Source: an uncultured Gammaproteobacteria bacterium
GTDB lineage: Bacteria; Patescibacteriota; Microgenomatia; Levybacterales; UBA12049
Length of the DNA: 64,000 nucleotides
Assembly: GCA_964424775.1 (NCBI GenBank)
Contig: CAYRJZ010000001.1
Span: 140,748 to 204,747 of the forward strand
Reading direction: 5' to 3'
In this document: one piece after another, positions 29,019 through 38,484 of the stretch
Numbering within the stretch: the first letter of the stretch is position 1
How the letters are laid out: every line of letters begins with the position of its first letter
Notes under the pieces: generated by a model
Told to the model about the DNA's origin: nothing
Seen by the model: the letters and a program-made list of their open reading frames with translations, nothing else
Database searches by the model: none
Made by a program: the position numbers and the translations under genes

Positions 29019-29609
29019 TTAGAGTGTGTCGTTGGTGTGAATTATTTTTAAGATTTCTCTTTCACGATCAACGCCGGGAATATTTTTTAAGACAGAAAAG
29101 TGAGAGAGTATGTAACTAATAGGAAGAATGTTTTTATTTGCATCTTCAAACGCTTTATCTATTTTGTCTGAAGGTATATTATACAGTAATGAAAGATGAG
29201 GTTTGAATTGTAATCCCTCAAATTCTGAAGGTTGTGTAATAAATGGAGAGAGTGATCTGAGAATTGATAAATGGAGATTTGCAAGTCCTTCATTAGGGTC
29301 AACTAATGCTACTAAAACATTTCCTAATTCTTTTGATTGAAAGATTTCTAATCTATTTGCAGTTATTGAAATAGGTTTGAACGATACATGGGTTAAGTGT
29401 TCTAAAAGAGTACTATCACTAATCTCTTCTTTAAGATAAAATCGTCTCTTTAAAGTTATATGTGCATTATTAAGGGTAATAATACTATTTTGATGGAGTA
29501 GTGGTTGATCAAAGTAAAGTCCGAATCGTTTTTTTATAGTAATAAATTTATCATTGAGATCAGTAGGAGTGAATGATGTTATTAAATAAGAAGGAATTTT
29601 TTCGTGCAT
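29019..29609 (-). CDS. 2H phosphoesterase superfamily protein (LigT / cyclic phosphodiesterase-like)
   Basis: Two H-x-T/S-x motifs, HITL and HLSL, spaced about 85 aa apart as in 2H enzymes. Confidence 0.5.
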   Translation of the reverse strand: MHEKIPSYLITSFTPTDLNDKFITIKKRFGLYFDQPLLHQNSIITLNNAHITLKRRFYLKEEISDSTLLEHLTHVSFKPISITANRLEIFQSKELGNVLVALVDPNEGLANLHLSILRSLSPFITQPSEFEGLQFKPHLSLLYNIPSDKIDKAFEDANKNILPISYILSHFSVLKNIPGVDREREILKIIHTNDTL

Positions 29610-29611
29610 TC

Positions 29612-30262
29612 TTAGGAGTACATTTTCTCATTTGTCTCATCTGAGGGGAGTTCCTTACAAAACATTTTATAGTATACTTGACGGGTTAACACGACATCCT
29701 TCATACAATATTTTGCAATATCATCCAATTTCCCATCTTGGAAATACTGCCAGACCATTGACCCATCCATCTCATCTTTGGATGTAGGAAGTCCAAATAC
29801 TTTTGCTAATAAATCAAGTTTGACAGCGCGTCTTGGATCACCCCAGAGGTCCCATTCTTTCATGGTGTCAAAAAAGGGGGTACTTCTATATCTTGCAAAA
29901 CTTAAATCCATACGAGGAAAGACGCCATTGATTCGTGATCGTTTATAGATAAAGGGCATATCAAATTCATAAATATTGTGACCTATAAACCGTTCAACAT
30001 TATTTGCAAGTTTCCAGAACTTTTGTAGCATCTCTTTTTCATCACCTGTAAGAACTCCTTGCTCAATTGTTCCCCGTTCATCCTCCTTAATATATCCAAT
30101 ACAGCAAATACGTCCAAATGCTCCATCCAGTGCCATTGATTCATAAAGCTCTTGTTCATTTTTTTCTCCATTACCGTTTTTATTTTTAAGAATATGAAGA
30201 AATGTATCCCGTAATTCTTCGGAACACGGAATTGTTTCAATATCAAGAAAAAATCGAACCAT
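29612..30262 (-). CDS. DEDDy-type 3'-5' exonuclease (RNase H-like fold, PolB-exo-like)
   Basis: Exo I FLDIET, Exo II GHNIYEFDMPFI and Exo III YCMKDVVLT, with the Y-x3-D arrangement. Confidence 0.6.
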   Translation of the reverse strand: MVRFFLDIETIPCSEELRDTFLHILKNKNGNGEKNEQELYESMALDGAFGRICCIGYIKEDERGTIEQGVLTGDEKEMLQKFWKLANNVERFIGHNIYEFDMPFIYKRSRINGVFPRMDLSFARYRSTPFFDTMKEWDLWGDPRRAVKLDLLAKVFGLPTSKDEMDGSMVWQYFQDGKLDDIAKYCMKDVVLTRQVYYKMFCKELPSDETNEKMYS

Positions 30263-30407
30263 ATAATTACTATTAAGTATCTAGGTAAGGAAGATAGTCT
30301 TCCCTCTGAAAAGAAAGTGTAGCGTATTTATGTAGCAGCTGCAACCTTTTACTAAAATTGATTCTATAAAAATTGCCTGAGGTTCAGTAGAAGAGTATAA
30401 TAGGTAT

Positions 30408-31052
30408 ATGGATGAAAGTGTTTTAAATAAAATCAATGTGTTTTCATCTCAATTCAAACACCAAACATTTAAAAAAAGGGAAATTTTGCTTCGGGCAGAT
30501 GATAATCCTCAAGGAATCTTTTTTTTAACATCAGGTACTGTAAAACAGTATGCCATATCTAAGAAAGGCGAAGAGCTTGTTGTCAATTTGTACAAGCCTC
30601 CTGCATTTTTTCCAATGACATATCTTTTTGCTCAAGTTGATAATGCATATTATTTTGAAGCAACGAGTGATGTTGAAATAAATAAAGTCCCTTTGAAAGA
30701 AACAGAAGATTTTTTAAAAAATAATCCGGATGTTTTATTTGATTTAACACAGAGAGTTTTTAAAGGTATTGATGGTTTGCTTACACGCATGACCTATTTA
30801 ATGCACGGAACATCATATTTAAAGCTTTTAACTGAACTTATTTTAACTGCTAAAAGATTTGGGGTCTCATCAAATGGTGGAGTTATACTGACAATTTCTG
30901 AAAAAGATTTAGCCACACAGACAGGAATGTCTCGTGAGACTGTAAGCCGTGAGATAAAAATCTTAAAAGATAAAGGTTTAATTACACTTGCAAAAAATCT
31001 TATCTTTATTACGAATATGAAGAAGCTTGAGGAAGAACTCATTAATTCTTAA
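30408..31052 (+). CDS. Crp/Fnr-family transcriptional regulator
   Basis: N-terminal cNMP-binding beta-barrel and C-terminal HTH (TQTGMSRETVSREIKILKDKGLI). Confidence 0.75.
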   Translation: MDESVLNKINVFSSQFKHQTFKKREILLRADDNPQGIFFLTSGTVKQYAISKKGEELVVNLYKPPAFFPMTYLFAQVDNAYYFEATSDVEINKVPLKETEDFLKNNPDVLFDLTQRVFKGIDGLLTRMTYLMHGTSYLKLLTELILTAKRFGVSSNGGVILTISEKDLATQTGMSRETVSREIKILKDKGLITLAKNLIFITNMKKLEEELINS

Positions 31053-31402
31053 ATAGTGGAAATAGTAATTTTTTCCTCAGTTGGAATTACTCTACTCTTT
31101 TTTTTGTCATCGGTGGGAAGACCGATTGGGAGTAGATACCCCTGCCACAACCCGTTCCCCACCGATAACTCCAAATGAAAAAGATCTGTTAAGTTTTCTT
31201 CATCTTTAACTCTATAAAGTCTGTAGTTACCAATGACAAGAATATTATCTACTTCAAATGTTCTATGAGACGAAACGAGAAGCTCACCTATACCTGTAGC
31301 ATTTATCCAGGCATAGCTGTCTTTATCATCAAGAATAAGAATCTTTGTTTGTTTTTTCGTTTCGATGAGTCTATAGGTTCCACTTTTTAGTAATGTAATC
31401 AT
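31049..31402 (-). CDS. Hypothetical protein, 117 aa
   Basis: ORF only. Confidence 0.4.
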   Translation of the reverse strand: MITLLKSGTYRLIETKKQTKILILDDKDSYAWINATGIGELLVSSHRTFEVDNILVIGNYRLYRVKDEENLTDLFHLELSVGNGLWQGYLLPIGLPTDDKKKSRVIPTEEKITISTI

Positions 31403-31611
31403 AGAAAAAGTCTAAAGTGAATTTTTCTAAATATCAGTGATATAGGTCAATGTCACCTGATGATATTGATCAATGAAAATTAATAGAAATAGTTATACAT
31501 TACAGGAGAAGTGAGAAGTATATTTATTAATATTAAGGGTGAAGTATATAAATTTCGAAAGATGATGAGGCATGTATTTATGGTGTATTCGCTCGGGAGG
31601 AGGTGTTAAGA

Positions 31612-31980
31612 ATGATAACATTTCAACTTAAAAATACTGTTAAGGGAAACACGGATTATCGAAGGGTTCTTCATACCGGAACGAACAGTCAAGTTGTTGC
31701 AATGAGTATCCCTGTTGGGGGTGAGATTGGTGAAGAGATTCATCCAGATACGGACCAGATTATTATTATTGTTGAAGGAGAAGGTAAAGCAGTTATAAAT
31801 AATGAGAGTAAATTTGTTGAAGAGTATGACATCATTTATGTTCCAGCAGGAGTACAGCATAATTTTATAAATACGGATGATGAAGAGTTAAAGTTATTTA
31901 CTGTATATTCTCCACCCCATCATCCAGATGGTACTGTACATAAAACAAAAGAAGATGCAGATGCTGAGGAAAGGAGGTGA
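31612..31980 (+). CDS. Cupin-domain protein
   Basis: Small beta-barrel with a cupin His cluster (GEEIHPDTDQIIIIVEG...H). The ATG at 31612 is preceded by a strong SD, gggaggagg. Confidence 0.6.
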   Translation: MITFQLKNTVKGNTDYRRVLHTGTNSQVVAMSIPVGGEIGEEIHPDTDQIIIIVEGEGKAVINNESKFVEEYDIIYVPAGVQHNFINTDDEELKLFTVYSPPHHPDGTVHKTKEDADAEERR

Positions 31981-31985
31981 GAATA

Positions 31986-32312
31986 ATGTATATATTTACT
32001 GGGTTGCTTGGACTTGCATTTGTTATAGCTCCATTCCTATTTAACTATTCAGAGAATACTGCAGCTCTGTGGACAAGTTTAGTAGGTGGGGGAATAATAA
32101 TGTTGTTGTCTTACTTTGAAGGACTAGCAGAAGATAAAGGTCGATGGGAGTATATTGCCGCTGCAGTTGTTGGAGTAATAACAGTTGTTGCTCCATTTGT
32201 GTTTGGTTTTGATAAAAACACAACTCCAATGCTCGCAAGTGTAGTAGTAGGCACTATTCTTTTTCTTATTGCAGGTTCAAAGCTTTACTTTGGTAATAAA
32301 ACTTACCAATAA
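31986..32312 (+). CDS. Small membrane protein
   Basis: Four hydrophobic segments. An SD (aaggaggtg) lies upstream of the ATG at 31986. Confidence 0.5.
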   Translation: MYIFTGLLGLAFVIAPFLFNYSENTAALWTSLVGGGIIMLLSYFEGLAEDKGRWEYIAAAVVGVITVVAPFVFGFDKNTTPMLASVVVGTILFLIAGSKLYFGNKTYQ

Positions 32313-32382
32313 CCTACTTAATTTCTGGTAATTCCAATTACCAGAATGAACTTATTACTTTTACAATTGAGAAAGGAATGTT

Positions 32383-32709
32383 ATGAAAAGTAGTCTGGCA
32401 GGATCATTTTCACTTCCAAAGTTATTATTTACTATTTTTATTGTGCTTATAACTTTTTATACTTACTCTGTTTTTTTTACACATCCACACCCATATTTTA
32501 ATATTTTAGATATAGTTACATACTTTACTCCAACTATCATTTTAATATTTTTATTCTTGTTGGGATGGAAACATGAGAGATTTGAAGGATTCTCTATACT
32601 CTTTCTTTCCTTTATTTTTCTTTGGATATATCAAGTATATGTCGGACTAGCTGTCTTTACTTTCTTACTATCTCTAGGAATATTCTTTATTCTTACCCCA
32701 ACGAAATAA
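32383..32709 (+). CDS. Small membrane protein
   Basis: 108 aa, hydrophobic. Confidence 0.45.
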   Translation: MKSSLAGSFSLPKLLFTIFIVLITFYTYSVFFTHPHPYFNILDIVTYFTPTIILIFLFLLGWKHERFEGFSILFLSFIFLWIYQVYVGLAVFTFLLSLGIFFILTPTK

Positions 32710-32796
32710 TCCCGCATAATTGTTATACAACGTGATATGTATCAACGACAAAATGAAGTTAATGATAGATAATTTAAGCAATAAGGAGGTGTACAA

Positions 32797-33036
32797 ATGA
32801 ATTGTCCAAAATGTGAAATAGGAAGGATAGTACATGTCATTCTTAAAATGTCAGGTGAAGAAGCATCTCTGTGTGATTACTGTAATACATTATGGGTAGA
32901 GGGAGAAGATATAAACGCTTCATCAGTGATAACACTTGATATAGCAAAAGCTAGTGGTGATGTGGAATTCACTCTTGAGGAATCAGAAGAAGAAGATCAG
33001 GATCATCGATCAGCTAATTATCCAACATATAAATAA
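32797..33036 (+). CDS. Small zinc-ribbon protein
   Basis: CPKC...CDYC cysteine pairs and an acidic C-terminus. Confidence 0.45.
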   Translation: MNCPKCEIGRIVHVILKMSGEEASLCDYCNTLWVEGEDINASSVITLDIAKASGDVEFTLEESEEEDQDHRSANYPTYK

Positions 33037-33040
33037 TTAT

Positions 33041-33451
33041 ATGAAAGAGAAAAAAACAATGGTCCTATTGGTTGATAGAAAAAAGGCTATGATGTTCGCT
33101 CTTCTCGGGCACGCTGTGCTTTCAAAAGATGAGTTTAAAGACGGGAATGTCCCCCAGAAAGTAAAACATGGAGATGATACGTGGGATGCACAAAACAATA
33201 TTTTTCGTCATATTGAAGACCATCTCTATAGACATCTGCTCATGGTTGGAGAGCATGCTGAAGAATTCTTTATAAAAAATAATTTATCCCAAATAGTTAT
33301 CGGAAGTCATAGATCATTGTTTTCAAAAATTGAAAAAAATCTACCAAATGAAATCTCTCGAAAGGTTAAAGCACGCTTTATTGTAGACTTAAAAGCTCCG
33401 TTTAATGAGATATTAGCTAAGGCTGAAAAAACAATTAAAAAAATTAAATAA
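33041..33451 (+). CDS. Hypothetical protein, possibly host-attachment / baeRF1-like
   Basis: 136 aa from MKEKKTMVLLVDRKKA. The family assignment is a weak guess. Confidence 0.35.
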   Translation: MKEKKTMVLLVDRKKAMMFALLGHAVLSKDEFKDGNVPQKVKHGDDTWDAQNNIFRHIEDHLYRHLLMVGEHAEEFFIKNNLSQIVIGSHRSLFSKIEKNLPNEISRKVKARFIVDLKAPFNEILAKAEKTIKKIK

Positions 33452-33469
33452 TTTGTTTTTTCTAAAATT

Positions 33470-33814
33470 ATGAAAAAGGACAATATTCCAAAGATTGCTT
33501 CATTAATCTATATATGCTTTATAAGTATTTTTGCTTTAGATGTCTTTGATGCAAATTATTCATTAAAACAGCAACTCATAGGTTTAGTTATTCATTTAAT
33601 TCCTACTTTTGGTTTTATTCTCTTATTCATTATTTCACTCTATAAACGACAATATGGAGGAATATTATTTATCGTAGCATCTTTTCTTTTCACACTTGTG
33701 TTTCAGACGTATCAAAGCCTCACGACTCTTGTATTACTATCAGGTCCTCCTCTTTTAATTGGAGTAATGTTTTTACATCCAGTATTTCATGCTGTAAAAA
33801 AAGAAAGGAATTAA
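33470..33814 (+). CDS. Small membrane protein
   Basis: 114 aa with 4 TM helices. Confidence 0.45.
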   Translation: MKKDNIPKIASLIYICFISIFALDVFDANYSLKQQLIGLVIHLIPTFGFILLFIISLYKRQYGGILFIVASFLFTLVFQTYQSLTTLVLLSGPPLLIGVMFLHPVFHAVKKERN

Positions 33815-33816
33815 AA

Positions 33817-34380
33817 ATGGGAGAGAAAATTTATGTCAGTCATGTAAACATTCGCTTAAGTATCTCACTCCTGCTATTCAAACTTGTCTTTCTTGAATTA
33901 GTTTCGTCGTTATTCGTCATTTTTCTTCATACATCATTTTTTGTTTTAGATGATTTTCAGATTGGAGCGTTTGGACTTGATCTGTTTAATATTCCTTTAT
34001 ATATCTTTCTTGCTTTTTTGAAAATTATTTTGACTTGGTATATTATTCTTCAATGGTTAAATGAATATTATGAAATCACTCAGAAGGTAATCTATCATCG
34101 AAGAGGTTTGATTTTTAAAAAAGAGGAAAAATATCCACTTGAACAAGTCGCATTAATCGAGGTAACCCAAAATATGTTAGGGAAAATTTTTAATTATGGA
34201 ACGATTAGTCTCTATGATAGAAGAAGAACAAAATATGCTGATATGTATCTTATCCATAATCCACTCAGGTATGCCAAAATTGTTGAAGAACAACTTGAAA
34301 TATTTAGTGAAAAGAAGAATATTATTAGAGAGAGACTTATAGAAGAAGATAAATATGATATATCTGAAGATGAATACTAA
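33817..34380 (+). CDS. Membrane-flanked bacterial PH domain protein (bPH_2 / YdbS-YdbT-like)
   Basis: Two N-terminal TM helices and then a domain of about 80 aa (IYHRRGLIFKKEEKYPLEQVALIEVTQNMLGKIFNYGTISL) matching the DUF304/bPH_2 pattern. Confidence 0.5.
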   Translation: MGEKIYVSHVNIRLSISLLLFKLVFLELVSSLFVIFLHTSFFVLDDFQIGAFGLDLFNIPLYIFLAFLKIILTWYIILQWLNEYYEITQKVIYHRRGLIFKKEEKYPLEQVALIEVTQNMLGKIFNYGTISLYDRRRTKYADMYLIHNPLRYAKIVEEQLEIFSEKKNIIRERLIEEDKYDISEDEY

Positions 34381-34457
34381 TCAATAGTAAGTTATCATTG
34401 ATGCTTGTCAAAGTTTCTCTGTGAGTTTGATCAACGCAAGACCAATAATTTCTTTAT

Positions 34458-34904
34458 ATGCTAATTGATATCCATTATTTTGAATGGTTTTTTTTATCTA
34501 TGACAAGTTCGTTAAGAATAATACAAATAATCTTCTCATTATTTCTATTCATCATAAGCCTATCTGCATTTATAGGTGGGTACGGCTTGATGACAGGTGA
34601 TGGATTGGGGATGCCAAAAGAGTGGTTGATGGATACTCCATTTACTACGTATTATGTACCTGGATTAATTTTATTCTTTATAATTGGGGGGAGTCATTTT
34701 ATTGCTGCAACTTTTTTAATAAAAAATCATTTTCTTTCTTACTATCTTTCCGCAACAGCAGGGTATGGACTACTCATTTGGATATTTACTGAATTATATC
34801 TCCTTCATCAAAGTCATTTTCTTCATGTGTTGTATTTTGTTTTTGGTTTGATAACACTTATTATAACTATGATACTACTTAAATTAGAGAGCAAACCCAC
34901 ATGA
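34458..34904 (+). CDS. Small membrane protein
   Basis: 148 aa with 4 TM helices. Confidence 0.45.
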   Translation: MLIDIHYFEWFFLSMTSSLRIIQIIFSLFLFIISLSAFIGGYGLMTGDGLGMPKEWLMDTPFTTYYVPGLILFFIIGGSHFIAATFLIKNHFLSYYLSATAGYGLLIWIFTELYLLHQSHFLHVLYFVFGLITLIITMILLKLESKPT

Positions 34905-36034
34905 TTAATACACAAAAATTTATTAGGTTTATATTCTCACAATTTTATCAACAGATTTTAAAAAGAATATTTTTTAGAATTGATCCAGAAGTTGTTCATC
35001 AAAGAATGGTGGCTCGGGGTGAACATTTAGGTCAGTCGGATTTCGCAAAAAGATTTATCAAATTATTTTTTTACATCAATAATAAAGCGCTGATTCAGGA
35101 TATAAAAAATGTTCATTTTGCAAATCCAGTTGGTCTTTCCGCGGGATTTGATTATGAAGCTCGATTAACTCAGATAACTCCCTCTCTTGGATTTGGTTTT
35201 CATACGATTGGAACGATTACACAGAGATCTTTCAATGGAAATCCTCATCCTCAGCTTGGAAGACTACCTAAATCAAAATCATTGATGGTAAATAAAGGCT
35301 TTAGAAATAATGGTGCAGCTATAACTGCAAAAAAACTTTCGCCTTTGTCTTTTGACATTCCAGTAGGAGTAAGCATAGGAAGAACGAATGATGGCTCAAT
35401 GACGCTTGATGAAAGCGTTAACGATATTATTTCATCATTTTCTATTTTCGAAAATGAACAGGTAAGAAATAGTTACTATGAATTAAATATAAGTTGTCCA
35501 AATTTAGATGGGGGGATATCTTTTTATGATTCTGAATATTTAGAAAAATTACTTACAAAAATTGATAAATTGAAGTTATCAAAACCAGTCTTCATTAAAA
35601 TGCCTATAAGTGAAAGCAATGTGGACATTCTGCGGATGATGGATATTATTGTTACTCATAATATTGTTGGAGTTATTATTGGGAACTTGCAAAAAGAGAG
35701 AAAAATTCCTGAGTTAGATCCTGGTGAAGTAAAGAAATATCCCAAGGGAAATTTCTCTGGGAAGCCAACATGGAATAGATCCAATGAACTTATTCAGCTC
35801 GTGTATATGAAATACAGAAAGAAAATAATAGTTATAGGGTGTGGAGGTGTCTTTTCTGCAGAAGATGCGTATATCAAAATTAAAAAAGGAGCAACACTCA
35901 TACAACTTATAACCGGCATGATTTTTCAAGGGCCTCAGTTAATGAGTGAAATTAACTCAGGTCTTGTCGATCTTCTAAAGAAAGATGGATATAGTCATAT
36001 CTCACAAGCAATTGGGTCTGATATAAAAAAGTAG
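34901..36034 (+). CDS. pyrD: Dihydroorotate dehydrogenase (quinone-type, class 2)
   Basis: TIM-barrel DHOD motifs (NISCPN, GGVFSAEDAYIKIKKGATLIQLITGMIFQGP). The N-terminal extension is typical of class 2. Confidence 0.8.
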   Translation: MINTQKFIRFIFSQFYQQILKRIFFRIDPEVVHQRMVARGEHLGQSDFAKRFIKLFFYINNKALIQDIKNVHFANPVGLSAGFDYEARLTQITPSLGFGFHTIGTITQRSFNGNPHPQLGRLPKSKSLMVNKGFRNNGAAITAKKLSPLSFDIPVGVSIGRTNDGSMTLDESVNDIISSFSIFENEQVRNSYYELNISCPNLDGGISFYDSEYLEKLLTKIDKLKLSKPVFIKMPISESNVDILRMMDIIVTHNIVGVIIGNLQKERKIPELDPGEVKKYPKGNFSGKPTWNRSNELIQLVYMKYRKKIIVIGCGGVFSAEDAYIKIKKGATLIQLITGMIFQGPQLMSEINSGLVDLLKKDGYSHISQAIGSDIKK

Positions 36035-36060
36035 AGAGATAAGTTTCCTCATCTCTCTAC
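36024..36060 (-). terminator. Intrinsic terminator with a perfect 10-bp stem, oriented for the minus-strand transcript from rluB and the small ORF
   Basis: GTAGAGAGAT...ATCTCTCTAC hairpin at 36031-36060. On the minus strand it is followed by a TTTTTTATAT run. It overlaps the pyrD stop codon and could work in both directions. Confidence 0.55.
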
Positions 36061-36136
36061 ACCTGCGACTAACAAGTACATGATATTTTTATTATGGTGG
36101 TAAATCACTTACATTAGCTCTTTTCATATAAATGTT

Positions 36137-36300
36137 TATGCTAGATACTTAGCACCAGCAATTTTTTTATCTATCTTTACCCTATTTATAGTGCCAAGCC
36201 TCTCTTCTCTCATTCTTTTCTCAATATTAGGCCACTGCTCATAATAGAAAGTTAGAAAATGCTGTAATGTGACCCTGTTGATTTGAGTTAGCATATTCAT
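36137..36300 (-). CDS. Small hypothetical protein (about 54 aa) with a consensus Shine-Dalgarno
   Basis: Minus strand aggaggtgatgaatATG...: a perfect AGGAGGTG SD upstream of MNMLTQINRVTLQHFLTFYYEQWPNIEKRMREERLGTINRVKIDKKIAGAKYLA. Not in the ORF track because it is under 60 aa. Confidence 0.3.
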
Positions 36301-36419
36301 CACCTCCTATCGATTCTTTTAATATCTAATGTAACCAGAATACGTGAAAGGATTTGGTAATGCTTGACTAGCGGGGGACGGTATTAGGACATTAACGTGA
36401 CAAAACTTACAGTAAATTT

Positions 36420-37214
36420 TTATTTTTCACTGGACATAGCTTTGTTAGCTGCCTGGCGAAGTTGTTCGACTTCTTTGTCAGATAGTTCTCTATATTTTCC
36501 TGACTTAAGTTGACCAATACTTATGGGACCGAATTTTATTCTTTCAAGCTCAAGTAAGTTCATCCCTACTATTTCACACATTCGTCTAATTTGTCTGTTC
36601 TTTCCTTCGTGAAGGGTAACTTCAATGAGCGACTTTTGGTATGAGTCATCAATTATTTTTACTTCAGCAGGTGAAGTTATCCCATCGTCAAGAATAACTC
36701 CTTTCTGAAATGCATTTATTTGCTCTTTTTCCATTCTCCCTTCAATTGTTAGTCTGTAAACTTTTGGGACGTGGTATCTGGGATGTATTAATTTATGCGT
36801 GAGTTCTCCATCATTGGTTAGGAGTATCAGTCCTGTGGTATCTTTATCTAGTCTCCCCACTGGATAGATTCTATGTCTAGTTGGAATAAATGAGGTAACA
36901 TCTTGTCTGCCTCTCTCATCAGATGTCGTTGAAATAATTCCTTTTGGCTTATTGAGGATATAATACTGCATTTTGGGTGGGAGAATTTTCTCACCATTGA
37001 GTCTGATATCATCTTTTACAGGATCAATACGAGTCCCTGATTCACGAACTCTGTCTCCATTGACAGTTAACATTTCTTCCTTCAGAAGTTTTTTTATACT
37101 GCGTCGAGACGCGAGTCCTAAATGAGAGAGATACTTATCAAGTCTTTGTGTTGTCTTATCCATGGAGGATATTATAGCAAGAAGTAAAGGAGAAGGCTTA
37201 TTTGCTATTATCAT
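36420..37214 (-). CDS. rluB: Pseudouridine synthase, RsuA/RluB family
   Basis: N-terminal S4 domain and catalytic motif RHRIYPVGRLDKDTTGLILLTNDG. Confidence 0.8.
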   Translation of the reverse strand: MIIANKPSPLLLAIISSMDKTTQRLDKYLSHLGLASRRSIKKLLKEEMLTVNGDRVRESGTRIDPVKDDIRLNGEKILPPKMQYYILNKPKGIISTTSDERGRQDVTSFIPTRHRIYPVGRLDKDTTGLILLTNDGELTHKLIHPRYHVPKVYRLTIEGRMEKEQINAFQKGVILDDGITSPAEVKIIDDSYQKSLIEVTLHEGKNRQIRRMCEIVGMNLLELERIKFGPISIGQLKSGKYRELSDKEVEQLRQAANKAMSSEK

Positions 37215-37217
37215 TAT

Positions 37218-37754
37218 ATGACAAAGGAAGAGCTTGGAAGGAGAATATATAATGCTTCACATCTTACAGGTCAATTTACACTTCGATCTGGTGCAGTGTC
37301 TCAGGAGTATTTTGATAAATATCAATTCGAGTCAAATCCAAAATTATTAAGAGAAATTGCAGAACAGTTGGCAAAGGATATTCCTCCTCAAACAGAAATA
37401 TTGGCAGGACTTGAAATGGGTGGAATTCCCATTGCTACTGCTTTATCTTTATATACAGAATTGCCACAAGTATTGGTGCGAAAAACGGCAAAAGGGTATG
37501 GAACAGAAAAACTTGCAGAAGGAGTAGATATTTCCGGGAGAAATGTAACACTAGTTGAAGACGTCATAACAACAGGTGGGCAAGTCGTTAGAAGTGCAGG
37601 AGAGTTGAGAAATATGGATGCAAATGTTGAGTATGCATTATGTGTTATCGAGCGGGATGAAATAGGGAGAAGGAATTTAGAAAGAGACGGGATAGAGTTA
37701 TATTCACTTTTTACCTCAGATGAATTAAAACATCTTGGATCAAGAGATAAATAA
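37218..37754 (+). CDS. pyrE: Orotate phosphoribosyltransferase
   Basis: PRTase type I fold with PRPP-binding motif VTLVEDVITTGG. Confidence 0.75.
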   Translation: MTKEELGRRIYNASHLTGQFTLRSGAVSQEYFDKYQFESNPKLLREIAEQLAKDIPPQTEILAGLEMGGIPIATALSLYTELPQVLVRKTAKGYGTEKLAEGVDISGRNVTLVEDVITTGGQVVRSAGELRNMDANVEYALCVIERDEIGRRNLERDGIELYSLFTSDELKHLGSRDK

Positions 37755-37755
37755 T

Positions 37756-38484
37756 TTATTTTGTAAGTGTCAGAAATTCAGTTATGAATTTTTTTAAATA
37801 ATTTTTAAATTCCTCATCAGTTGCATCCTCAGGAAAATGGACCATGCATGTCTTAAAGAATTCATACTTTGCCGCTAGTTGCGGATCTACTTTTTTGAGA
37901 AATTGTCTGACTGCTTTTTCAATTTTTGAATTTGTATCGGTAATAGAGTGTCTCTCTAAATTTGCCTGTGCGAATGCAGTGTTGATAAGCATTTGTGCAT
38001 TTTTCCATCTGTCTTCAATATTTGAAATTTCAGTAATAGGTTTTTTGATCCAGCCAAGAAAAAATTCATTTATATTTTCTTTTTGTGAGTTATTGAAGTA
38101 AACATCAAATGATATATCATCAGCGTAAAGATCCTGAATACTATTAATAATTGTATGAAGTGCTTCTATTTCGTATTGATGAAAAGATCCTTTTGGAAAT
38201 AACTCATGAATGACTTCATCATGAAGAGTAGTGTTATGAGATGGATGAAATGTCTGAATACGATAGACGTGACTGAGTTCATGGATCATGAGGCCAAGTG
38301 CCATATCGGTTGACAATGACCATCCTGCAACTACAATGACTGTTTTTCCATCCCGTTCTGTTGTATATCCCATAAATGGTAATTCATTATCCACTTCAAA
38401 TAAGACTTCTTCTTCAATGCCATACCCTGATGCTTCCATCAATTCCAATGCAAAATTACTTCGTTCTTTCAGTGTGTTATTCAT
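37756..38484 (-). CDS. Hypothetical HExxH protein (putative zinc metallohydrolase)
   Basis: LMIHELSHVY contains an HExxH motif. No further family assignment. Confidence 0.4.
   Translation of the reverse strand: MNNTLKERSNFALELMEASGYGIEEEVLFEVDNELPFMGYTTERDGKTVIVVAGWSLSTDMALGLMIHELSHVYRIQTFHPSHNTTLHDEVIHELFPKGSFHQYEIEALHTIINSIQDLYADDISFDVYFNNSQKENINEFFLGWIKKPITEISNIEDRWKNAQMLINTAFAQANLERHSITDTNSKIEKAVRQFLKKVDPQLAAKYEFFKTCMVHFPEDATDEEFKNYLKKFITEFLTLTK

Noticed and set aside
30340-30407. TATAAT-like box at about 30392-30397 upstream of the Crp-family regulator
   Set aside because: A plausible -10 element exists, but no convincingly spaced -35 was found. Promoter calls in AT-rich DNA are unreliable by eye, so it was not listed as a feature.
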